Part shown: positions 39,461-47,239 of the stretch, piece after piece
Layout of the letters: each line of letters starts with the position of its first letter
Numbering within the stretch: position 1 is the first letter of the stretch
Source: a bacterium
Lineage (GTDB): Bacteria; Patescibacteriota; Microgenomatia; UBA1406; GWC2-37-13
Length of the DNA stretch: 64,000 bases
Assembly (NCBI GenBank): GCA_030647255.1
Contig: JAUSJK010000048.1
Location: forward strand, 32,540 to 96,539
Reading direction: 5' to 3'
The notes under the pieces: generated by a model
Databases searched by the model: none
Seen by the model: the letters and a program-made list of their open reading frames with translations, nothing else
What the model was told of the DNA's origin: nothing
Program-made: the position numbers and the translations under genes

Positions 39461-40642
39461 ATGAACAATATCAACTCAGTACAAATAGGCAGGTATATCA
39501 AGCAAAAAGAAGGTTATGGAGCCTTCACGCCTTTTGATTTTCCTCCAAAAGATGGCTTAATGATGAGCCCAAAATTGTATAAAAAAAACGAGGAGGCAAT
39601 ACGATTAGTCGGTAAACTCGATGGCATCACGAGACTCTTGCCGGACAAGAACTTTTTCCTCAAGATGTTTATAAAAAAAGATGCCGCTTATTCTAGTCAG
39701 ATTGAAGGCACGAAGGCAACTTTACAAGACGCAGTAGCGGCGCCAGTTACCGAAGAAAAATCTCGGCTCCCCGCTGACGTTGACGACATTAATCATTATG
39801 TCAACGCGGTAAATTATGGCATCGAAAGAACCAAGACCTTGCCGATTTCTCTGAGACTCATAAGAGAAATACATGAGCGACTGATGACCGGTGCACGTTC
39901 GACACAGCATGCATACCCAGGCGAGTTTCGACATTCCCAGAATTGGATAGGAGGCAGGGCTCCTACAGATGCTTCTTTCGTACCTCCTGCCCCGCATGAT
40001 ATGTATAAATCATTAGATGATCTGGAAAAATTTATCCATGCAATAGATGACTATCCATCGTTGGTAAAAGTTGGATTGATCCATGCGCAGTTTGAAACTA
40101 TTCACCCGTTTACTGACGGTAATGGTCGAACAGGACGAATGTTGATAGTCATGTATATTCACCACGCCGGACTTTTAGAAATACCGGTATTGTACTTATC
40201 AAGCTATTTTAAAAAGTATCAAAAACTCTATTATCAAAAATTACAAAGTTATCATGATGCGAATGCCCAGGTTGATGCTTGGCTGGAGTTCTTTTTGGAA
40301 GGCGTAGCAGAAATTGCAGATGCTTCAATCGAAATTTGTACTAAGATAACTGCACTACGAGACTTAGATTTTGCCAAAATGCAAAAACTTGGCAAAAAAT
40401 CGGCTGAGTCCACTTTGGAAATAATCCGTAAACTATTTGGTCAGCCAATTGTCGGCGTTGCGGAGATAATGAAGTGGACGGGTTTTAGTCCACAGGGTGC
40501 ATATAATGTGATCAAGCGACTTGAGAATTTAAAAATCCTTGAACCTCTTGGTGATGCTGTTTATGGGCAGAAATATATTTACGCTGACTACTATGAAATA
40601 TTTGACGATGGATTTAGAGAAGCAAGGGCGAAGAAAAAATAA
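39461..40642 (+). CDS. Fic family protein (DUF4172/Fic_N type)
   Basis: SSQIEGT and HPFTDGNGRTGR motifs; C-terminal wHTH. Confidence 0.9.
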   Translation: MNNINSVQIGRYIKQKEGYGAFTPFDFPPKDGLMMSPKLYKKNEEAIRLVGKLDGITRLLPDKNFFLKMFIKKDAAYSSQIEGTKATLQDAVAAPVTEEKSRLPADVDDINHYVNAVNYGIERTKTLPISLRLIREIHERLMTGARSTQHAYPGEFRHSQNWIGGRAPTDASFVPPAPHDMYKSLDDLEKFIHAIDDYPSLVKVGLIHAQFETIHPFTDGNGRTGRMLIVMYIHHAGLLEIPVLYLSSYFKKYQKLYYQKLQSYHDANAQVDAWLEFFLEGVAEIADASIEICTKITALRDLDFAKMQKLGKKSAESTLEIIRKLFGQPIVGVAEIMKWTGFSPQGAYNVIKRLENLKILEPLGDAVYGQKYIYADYYEIFDDGFREARAKKK

Positions 40643-40713
40643 ACTATGGCAACTTTTCAAAATAGCTTTAAATTGCTATTACTCAGATGCGGTCTTTATT
40701 GGACAGCAGTAGT
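40628..40713 (+). repeat. Direct repeat R2 copy 1
   Basis: First 52 bp identical to 41735-41786, remainder similar up to 41820. Confidence 0.9.
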
Positions 40714-40750
40714 GTGAAGTGGAAAAGTAACTAATGTATAAATCAAAAAT

Positions 40751-41749
40751 ATGAAAAACTTACAACTTCAATCACAAATAATTATCTATAAAACAGAAAC
40801 AGGCGAGACCAAAATTGACGTGCGGTTTGATGGAGACACGGTCTGGTTGAGTCAGGATGAAATGGCTCGACTCTTTGATAAAGGCCGTTCAACTATTGCA
40901 GAACATATTGTTAAAGTATTTAAGGAAAAAGAACTAGTAGAGGGATCAGTATGTCGGGAATTCCGACGTACTGGCGCTGACGGAAAAGAATATCAGGTAC
41001 AATACTACAATCTCGATGTTATTATCTCCGTTGGTTACCGAGTCAAATCACTCCGTGGTACTCAATTTCGCATTTGGGCAACCAAGCATCTGCGCGAATA
41101 TATCGTCAAAGGTTTTGTGATGGATGATGAACGACTGAAAAACCCCGATTTGCCATTTGATTATTTTGAAGAACTCACTCGTCGTATTGCGGACATTCGT
41201 ACTTCAGAAAAAAGATTTTATAGAAAAATTACTGATATTTATGCTACCAGTGTTGATTACGATCCTACAGACGAGAAGAGTATTCTCTTTTTCAAAACGG
41301 TCCAAAATAAAGTGCATTATGCAATTACCGGAAATACTGCGGCGGAGATAATTGCCAGTAGAGTAGATAGTAAAAAACCAAATGTAGGTCTCACAAACTT
41401 TAGGGGTAGCAAGCCAACAAAAGAAGAATTGGTGATCGCCAAAAATTATTTAAGTGAGCAGGAACTTCTCATTTTAAATAATCTTGTCGAGCAGTATCTC
41501 GTATTTGCCGAAGGACAGGCCATGCAGAGGGTGCCAATGTATATGAAGGACTGGATAGATAAACTCCACGCATTTTTACAGATTAACAATAAAAATATTT
41601 TGAAAGATGCAGGTAAAATTTCCCATGAGTTGGCGGTAGAAAAAGCGGAAAAGAATTTTGATGAATATAAAAAAAGCGAAGCAAAAAAATTGGACAATGA
41701 TTTTGATTCGGCAGCCTTGCGTGCGCTGAAAATAGCGAAGAAAAAATAA
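40751..41749 (+). CDS. RhuM family protein
   Basis: TVWLSQ, YNLDVIISVGYRVKSLRGTQFRIWAT, IRTSEKRFY and IAKNYL motifs. Confidence 0.9.
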   Translation: MKNLQLQSQIIIYKTETGETKIDVRFDGDTVWLSQDEMARLFDKGRSTIAEHIVKVFKEKELVEGSVCREFRRTGADGKEYQVQYYNLDVIISVGYRVKSLRGTQFRIWATKHLREYIVKGFVMDDERLKNPDLPFDYFEELTRRIADIRTSEKRFYRKITDIYATSVDYDPTDEKSILFFKTVQNKVHYAITGNTAAEIIASRVDSKKPNVGLTNFRGSKPTKEELVIAKNYLSEQELLILNNLVEQYLVFAEGQAMQRVPMYMKDWIDKLHAFLQINNKNILKDAGKISHELAVEKAEKNFDEYKKSEAKKLDNDFDSAALRALKIAKKK

Positions 41750-41820
41750 ACTATGGCAACTTTTCAAAATAGCTTTAAATTGCTATAGTTCAGATGCTGT
41801 CGTTATTGGATAGTAGCAGT
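41735..41820 (+). repeat. Direct repeat R2 copy 2
   Basis: Matches 40628-40713. Confidence 0.9.
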
Positions 41821-41897
41821 TTAAGGAAATTGAAAAGCTGAAAAATTAATTTGATCTCCACTTACCTTACCTCCGATTCTATACTTTTTTAACCAGA

Positions 41898-42048
41898 GTC
41901 AATTGAAAACCCCAGCCCTTTCCAGTAACCTATTGGTATTAAAGAAAACCATTTTATCACTCATATGGAAACAACAAAAATTGCTTTATTCAAAGGAAGA
42001 AAAATCAGAAAAACTCTCTATCAAGATGCATGGTGGTTTTCTGTAATA
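41898..42048 (+). repeat. Direct repeat R1 copy 2
   Basis: Matches 39253-39404. Confidence 0.9.
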
Positions 42049-42795
42049 GATGTAATTGAAGTCCTTACCGATAGTTTAAATTCCAACGATTACTGGTATA
42101 GAATGAAAATCCGTGTGAAGGATGAAGATAAAACTGAGTTATCGACAATTTGTCGACAACTGAAATTGGAATCTGCTGACGGAAAGAGATATGAAACCGA
42201 TTGTGCCGATACTGAAGGTATCTTTCGGATTATTCAATCTATTCCTTCTCCTAAGGCAGAGCCATTCAAACGCTGGCTTGCCAAAGTGGGTTATGAAAGA
42301 GTTCAGGAAATAGAAAATCCTGAACTAGCAACTAAACGCACGCGAACATTGTACAAACTTAAAGGTTATAGTGATGATTGGATAGAAAAACGAATGAGAG
42401 GCATCGCTATTCGAGAAGAACTCACTGACGAGTGGAAAAATCGTGGAGCCAGAGATGATAAAGATTATGAGATTTTGACAGCTGAAATTTCCAAGGCAAC
42501 TTTTGATGTGACTCCAAGTGAATATAAAAAAATTAAAGGCCTGAAGAGGGAAAACTTACGCGATCATATGGATGACTTTGAACTTATTTTTAACATGCTT
42601 AGTGAACGTGCCACAACCGAAATTCATCGTACTGAGGACTCAAAGGGTGTAACAAAACTCCGAAGCGATGCAAAAGCCGGAGGCGATATCGCAGGTGGGG
42701 CTAGAAAAAAGTTGGAAAAACGGCTTGGCCGTTCTGTAGTATCAGAGAAGAATTTTCTCAATAAGAAGGAAGATAACAAACAATTGAACAAATAA
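41965..42795 (+). CDS. Bro-N domain (antirepressor-like) protein
   Basis: WWFSVIDVIEVLTDS, RIIQSIPSPKAEPFKRWLA and ENLRDHM motifs. Confidence 0.88.
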   Translation: METTKIALFKGRKIRKTLYQDAWWFSVIDVIEVLTDSLNSNDYWYRMKIRVKDEDKTELSTICRQLKLESADGKRYETDCADTEGIFRIIQSIPSPKAEPFKRWLAKVGYERVQEIENPELATKRTRTLYKLKGYSDDWIEKRMRGIAIREELTDEWKNRGARDDKDYEILTAEISKATFDVTPSEYKKIKGLKRENLRDHMDDFELIFNMLSERATTEIHRTEDSKGVTKLRSDAKAGGDIAGGARKKLEKRLGRSVVSEKNFLNKKEDNKQLNK

Positions 42796-43006
42796 GTTTC
42801 ATGATAACTTTGAAAACCCCAGCCTTTTCTAGTAACCTATCGTATTCATTGGCAAGTTTAACTAGAAAAATTTCTTAGTAGTCTCCTGAAGCTGAAATGT
42901 CTATACTACTTATGAATACCTATGAAGCAAATCTATTGCAATTTATGAAATTAAAGACTATACTGCTCTGTATTGTAACAAAATAATAATACTTTAGATT
43001 AATACT

Positions 43007-44689
43007 ATGGATATCACTAAAATGACTTTTGGAAAAACATCTGAATATCTTACGATAGGCGAGGTTTCTAAGTTATTTCATATCCATCAAGATACTCTTA
43101 GGAACTGGGAGAAAAGTGGCGAATTAGTTCCTCTGCGAGTTGGCCCACGTAAGGATCGCAAATATCGTAAGCAAGACATAGAAACAATTATTGCCAAAAT
43201 GGGAAGTAAGCTCACGCTGGCTCAACTCGAACAGTTTCTATGGAAAAGTGCCGACATATTGCGAGGCAAAATTGACAGCTCTGACTATAAAAAATATATC
43301 TTCGGGTTACTTTTTTACAAAAGAATTAGTGACGTTTGGGATGAAGAATACAAAAAAGTCATTGATGAATATAAAGACAAGACACTCGCTGAAGCTGAAT
43401 ATAACCACAGATTCCAAGTGCCAAAAGACTGCAAATGGGAAGTTATTACCCAGACATCAGAGAACATCGGCCAGAAACTCAATGATATTTTTGACAAAAT
43501 TACAAACGTAAATAGTCCAAAGCTGGATAAGATTTTTAATGATCTGGATTTTGCCAATAAGGATAGATTCCCCAATGAAACCATTCAAAGACTAGTAAAT
43601 CACTTCTCTCAATATAACTTTGGCAGTAATTACATCAGTTCTGATCTCTTGGGTGACGCTTACGAGTATTTAATCAAGCAATTTGCTGCAGATGCAGGGA
43701 AAAAAGGCGGCGAATTCTACACTCCACGAGAAGTTGAGCGAATCATCATAGGAATTGTTAAGCCTCATCAAAAAGACCATGTTTACGACCCGACAGTAGG
43801 TTCAGGAGGATTTCTTCTTGAAGCATATAACTACCTTAAAAATAGGTCGAATGAGCAAGTTGCACGAACACTTTACTTTTATGGACAGGAAATCAATATC
43901 AGTACCTTTGCTATTGCCAAAATCAACATGTTTTTACATGGACTGGATAGTTCAGATATAAGGCGTGGTGACACCCTGGCAAATCCGCAGTTCCTCAATA
44001 ATATGGGAAATTTACAAACTTTTGACATCGTGGTCGCTAACCCTCCGTATTCCATAAAAGATTGGGAGTTTGAACTATTCAAAAGCGACAAATATGGTCG
44101 TACCCAAGAGTATGAACTCCCTCCACAGAAAAACGCTGACTATGCTTTTGTACTCCACATACTTAAGTCATTGAACGTAAATGGTCGTGCTGGCATTGTG
44201 TTGCCTCATGGAGTCCTATTTAGAGGCGGTAGCGAAGGCCGAATCCGAGAACAGATTATCAAAAATGATCTTTTGGAAGCGGTTATTGGGCTTCCACCTA
44301 AACTTTTTTATGGAACTGGTATTCCAGCAGCAATTCTTATTTTCAATCGAAACAAAGCAGAAAACAAAAAAGGGAAAGTATTACTTATTGATGCGGAGCG
44401 TGATTTTCTTGAAGGAAAAAACCAAAATACTCTCAGAAAGCAGGATATAGACAAAATTATTAAGACTTACGATCAATATCAAGATGTCGAAAAGTACGCC
44501 AGAGTTGTTGATGTAAAAGAAATCGAAGAAAACGAATATAACCTCAATGTGAGGCGATACATTGATAGTAACGAAGAACAAGTTCAAATTGACGTAAAAC
44601 AAGTCTGGAAGGAACTACAAAATTTGGAAAAAGACAGAGAAGAAATCAACAAAAAAGTAGCAGATTTTATAAACGAGTTAGGATACTAG
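43007..44689 (+). CDS. hsdM: Type I R-M methyltransferase with an N-terminal MerR/excisionase-type HTH
   Basis: YLTIGEVS..TLRNWE..RKY, then LWKSADILRG, GEFYTP, DPTVGSGGFL, NPPY and PHGVLFRG. Confidence 0.93.
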   Translation: MDITKMTFGKTSEYLTIGEVSKLFHIHQDTLRNWEKSGELVPLRVGPRKDRKYRKQDIETIIAKMGSKLTLAQLEQFLWKSADILRGKIDSSDYKKYIFGLLFYKRISDVWDEEYKKVIDEYKDKTLAEAEYNHRFQVPKDCKWEVITQTSENIGQKLNDIFDKITNVNSPKLDKIFNDLDFANKDRFPNETIQRLVNHFSQYNFGSNYISSDLLGDAYEYLIKQFAADAGKKGGEFYTPREVERIIIGIVKPHQKDHVYDPTVGSGGFLLEAYNYLKNRSNEQVARTLYFYGQEINISTFAIAKINMFLHGLDSSDIRRGDTLANPQFLNNMGNLQTFDIVVANPPYSIKDWEFELFKSDKYGRTQEYELPPQKNADYAFVLHILKSLNVNGRAGIVLPHGVLFRGGSEGRIREQIIKNDLLEAVIGLPPKLFYGTGIPAAILIFNRNKAENKKGKVLLIDAERDFLEGKNQNTLRKQDIDKIIKTYDQYQDVEKYARVVDVKEIEENEYNLNVRRYIDSNEEQVQIDVKQVWKELQNLEKDREEINKKVADFINELGY

Positions 44690-44690
44690 T

Positions 44691-45329
44691 ATGATATACA
44701 TCTTTCTGGACGAAAGCGGAGATCTTGGATTTAATCCATCAAAAAAGAATTCAAAATATTTCGTTATAACCGTTTTGGCAACAGAGGATAAGCGAAAGGT
44801 TGAAAAAGTAATAAAGAAAATTCATAGTTCTTTACGAAAAAAAACCAAGAAACTTTCCGGTGGCATACTTCACTGTTACAAAGAAAAACCTGCAACGAGG
44901 CATAAACTTCTCCAGAAACTTTCAGGTTTAAATATTCATATAATGACGATATATCTACATAAGGTAAAAGTATTCACGCATTTGCAAGACGAAAAGCATG
45001 TGTTATATAACTACGTTACAAATATTCTTCTGGACAGAATCATGTCGAAGAAACTGATCAATGTCGTAGCCAATGTTCACTTAATCGCGGCTAAGAGAGA
45101 AACTAATAAATTTTTAAATGATAATTTCTCCAACTATCTTAAGACCCAAGCTCGCGATAATCACAAAATACGGTTAGATATTGTGATCAGAACTCCATCA
45201 GAGGAAAAAGGAATACAAGCTGTAGACTTTGTGAGCTGGTCAGTATTTCGTAAGTATGAGCACGGAGACGCAGAATATTACAAAGAAATTAAAAATAAAA
45301 TTGTAGAGGAGAACGGACTGTTTAAATAG
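44691..45329 (+). CDS. DUF3800 domain protein
   Basis: YIFLDESGDLGF...GIQAVDFVSW. Confidence 0.85.
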   Translation: MIYIFLDESGDLGFNPSKKNSKYFVITVLATEDKRKVEKVIKKIHSSLRKKTKKLSGGILHCYKEKPATRHKLLQKLSGLNIHIMTIYLHKVKVFTHLQDEKHVLYNYVTNILLDRIMSKKLINVVANVHLIAAKRETNKFLNDNFSNYLKTQARDNHKIRLDIVIRTPSEEKGIQAVDFVSWSVFRKYEHGDAEYYKEIKNKIVEENGLFK

Positions 45330-45394
45330 CACAAAACCCTAGTCGCTATTTATGAGGAACCATCCGGAACCCCACGGCTAGGGAATTACTTGTA
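45330..45394 (-). ncRNA. Candidate DUF3800-associated structured small RNA
   Basis: Minus-strand promoter TTGACT (45429-45424)-N18-TATAAT (45405-45400); nested stems CCCUAG/CUAGGG and GUGGGG/CCUCAU followed by a U tract. Confidence 0.6.
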
Positions 45395-45441
45395 AACCAA
45401 TTATATAACAAGCGGTTGATATAAGTCAATTAAAAAATCAT

Positions 45442-46590
45442 ATGAAAAATAAAAATAATTGGACAGCATCAACAATCGGAGAATTATTTGAAGTTACCAA
45501 TGGAAAAACGAATACTGATGAAGCAGTTCTAAATGGTAAATATCCGCTGTTTGATCGTTCAATAGAAATAAAATATAGCGATAAGTTTCTGTTCGATACG
45601 GAGGCGGTTATCTTGCCGGGTGAGGGAAAAGATTTTATTCCACGATATTATATTGGGAAATTCGACCTACATCAACGGGCTTATGCAATCTTTCCAAAGA
45701 GCAAAATAGACCTGAGTCTAAAATTCTTATATTACTGGATGCTTTATAAAAGTCAGTACTTAACTAAAATGGCAGTTGGCTCAACAGTAAAGTCACTCAG
45801 ACTTTATATGTTAAAGAATTTTCCATTAGAGTTTCCCGATCATAAATCACAGGAGAAAATTACTAATTTCTTTGAATTGATTGACAAGAAACTCGCTAAG
45901 GCAGATCAGATTATTCAAAAGACTGAAACTTTGAAGCAGGGCTTAATGCTAGAATTACTCACGAAAGGACTCGGTCATAAAAAGTTTAAGAAAACAAAAA
46001 TTGGAGAAATTCCTGATGAATGGGAAGTAATGAGTGTGGGACAAATTTGTGATTGTATTGTTCCAGGGAGAAATAAACCTAAAATTTTTAATGGAGACAT
46101 TCCATGGATTACGATACCCAACATACAGGATTCAAGGATTCAATACAATGAAGCTACAAAATATGTTTCAAGACAAGAACTCAAAAATTGTGGAAATAAA
46201 ATAATACCAGCAAATTCAGTAATCATGTCATGTGTTGGTGATTTTGGTATCGTAGCTGTAACTGATAGGGAAATCGCCATTAATCAGCAATTACATGCTT
46301 TCTTGCCTTCAAGTAAATTAGATCAGAACTTTCTTAAATTTTCATTGATATTGCAAAAAGATTTCATGGAAAATTTGGCAACTAAAACTTCTGTACCTTA
46401 TCTGAATAAGACTAGCTGTAATTCTATTCCTATTGCTAAACCTTCTCTTGAGGAACAACGAAAAATAGGAACTATTTTGTTCTCCATAGATCATAAAATA
46501 TTAATTGAGAAAATGAATAAAGAAAAACTACAAATTCTTAAAAAAGGCCTCATGCAAGATATTTTTAGTCAGAAAGTTAAAATAAATTAA
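45442..46590 (+). CDS. hsdS: Type I R-M specificity subunit
   Basis: Two TRDs, central KQGLMLELLTKG..IGEIPDEW and C-terminal KKGLMQDIF. Confidence 0.92.
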   Translation: MKNKNNWTASTIGELFEVTNGKTNTDEAVLNGKYPLFDRSIEIKYSDKFLFDTEAVILPGEGKDFIPRYYIGKFDLHQRAYAIFPKSKIDLSLKFLYYWMLYKSQYLTKMAVGSTVKSLRLYMLKNFPLEFPDHKSQEKITNFFELIDKKLAKADQIIQKTETLKQGLMLELLTKGLGHKKFKKTKIGEIPDEWEVMSVGQICDCIVPGRNKPKIFNGDIPWITIPNIQDSRIQYNEATKYVSRQELKNCGNKIIPANSVIMSCVGDFGIVAVTDREIAINQQLHAFLPSSKLDQNFLKFSLILQKDFMENLATKTSVPYLNKTSCNSIPIAKPSLEEQRKIGTILFSIDHKILIEKMNKEKLQILKKGLMQDIFSQKVKIN

Positions 46591-46591
46591 T

Positions 46592-47239
46592 ATGAAACAT
46601 ACATGGAACGATGATCAAATTAGAGATTATCTAATAAATCATATTAAAAAATCAATAATAGATGATGTAGGTGGAGCATTGATAGGATGGTCAAGTCAGA
46701 TGCATAATAAAAAATACATAGCTGGATCTTTTGCCGTGCCACGAATGTTATTCCCAGAGATTGATGGTTTAGGCTCTTATATAACTGGTAATCCTAAATC
46801 TACCGGTTCGAATATAAAAACTTACATCTCAAACATTTTGGGAGAATCTAATCACAAATATAAAGAATTCGCAGGATTTATTGTTTTTATTTTCAGACAT
46901 GGGCTACTTCATCAACATCAACCAAAGGAATTTACACATAACAACAAGCAAATTGGTTGGGAGTTTCGAATTAGTGATCCAAATAATCCCATTGAAGTTA
47001 ACGAAAAATACCATTTAGAATTTAAAAGTGATGTATTAACAATAGATGCTAACATCTTTTATAGAGATATTGTCAATTCCGTTGAGGGTTTCGCAGAAGA
47101 TGTTATTACAAAATATAGAAGTACATTTGAAACTTCTCTTGATGCACAAATGAAATCTCTTACTAAAGAATCCTTGCTTAAAGAGGTGAAGTATTTGGAA
47201 GATACAGATTTTACATTTCTAGAAACCTATGAAATTTAA
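46592..47239 (+). CDS. Hypothetical protein with a HEPN-like RxxxxH motif
   Basis: FPEIDGLG...FRHGLLHQ; translationally coupled to both hsdS and hsdR. Confidence 0.6.
   Translation: MKHTWNDDQIRDYLINHIKKSIIDDVGGALIGWSSQMHNKKYIAGSFAVPRMLFPEIDGLGSYITGNPKSTGSNIKTYISNILGESNHKYKEFAGFIVFIFRHGLLHQHQPKEFTHNNKQIGWEFRISDPNNPIEVNEKYHLEFKSDVLTIDANIFYRDIVNSVEGFAEDVITKYRSTFETSLDAQMKSLTKESLLKEVKYLEDTDFTFLETYEI

Noticed and set aside
45442..46590. Phase-variable (shufflon) hsdS
   Set aside because: There is a single hsdS, with no silent TRD copies, flanking inverted repeats or recombinase seen.
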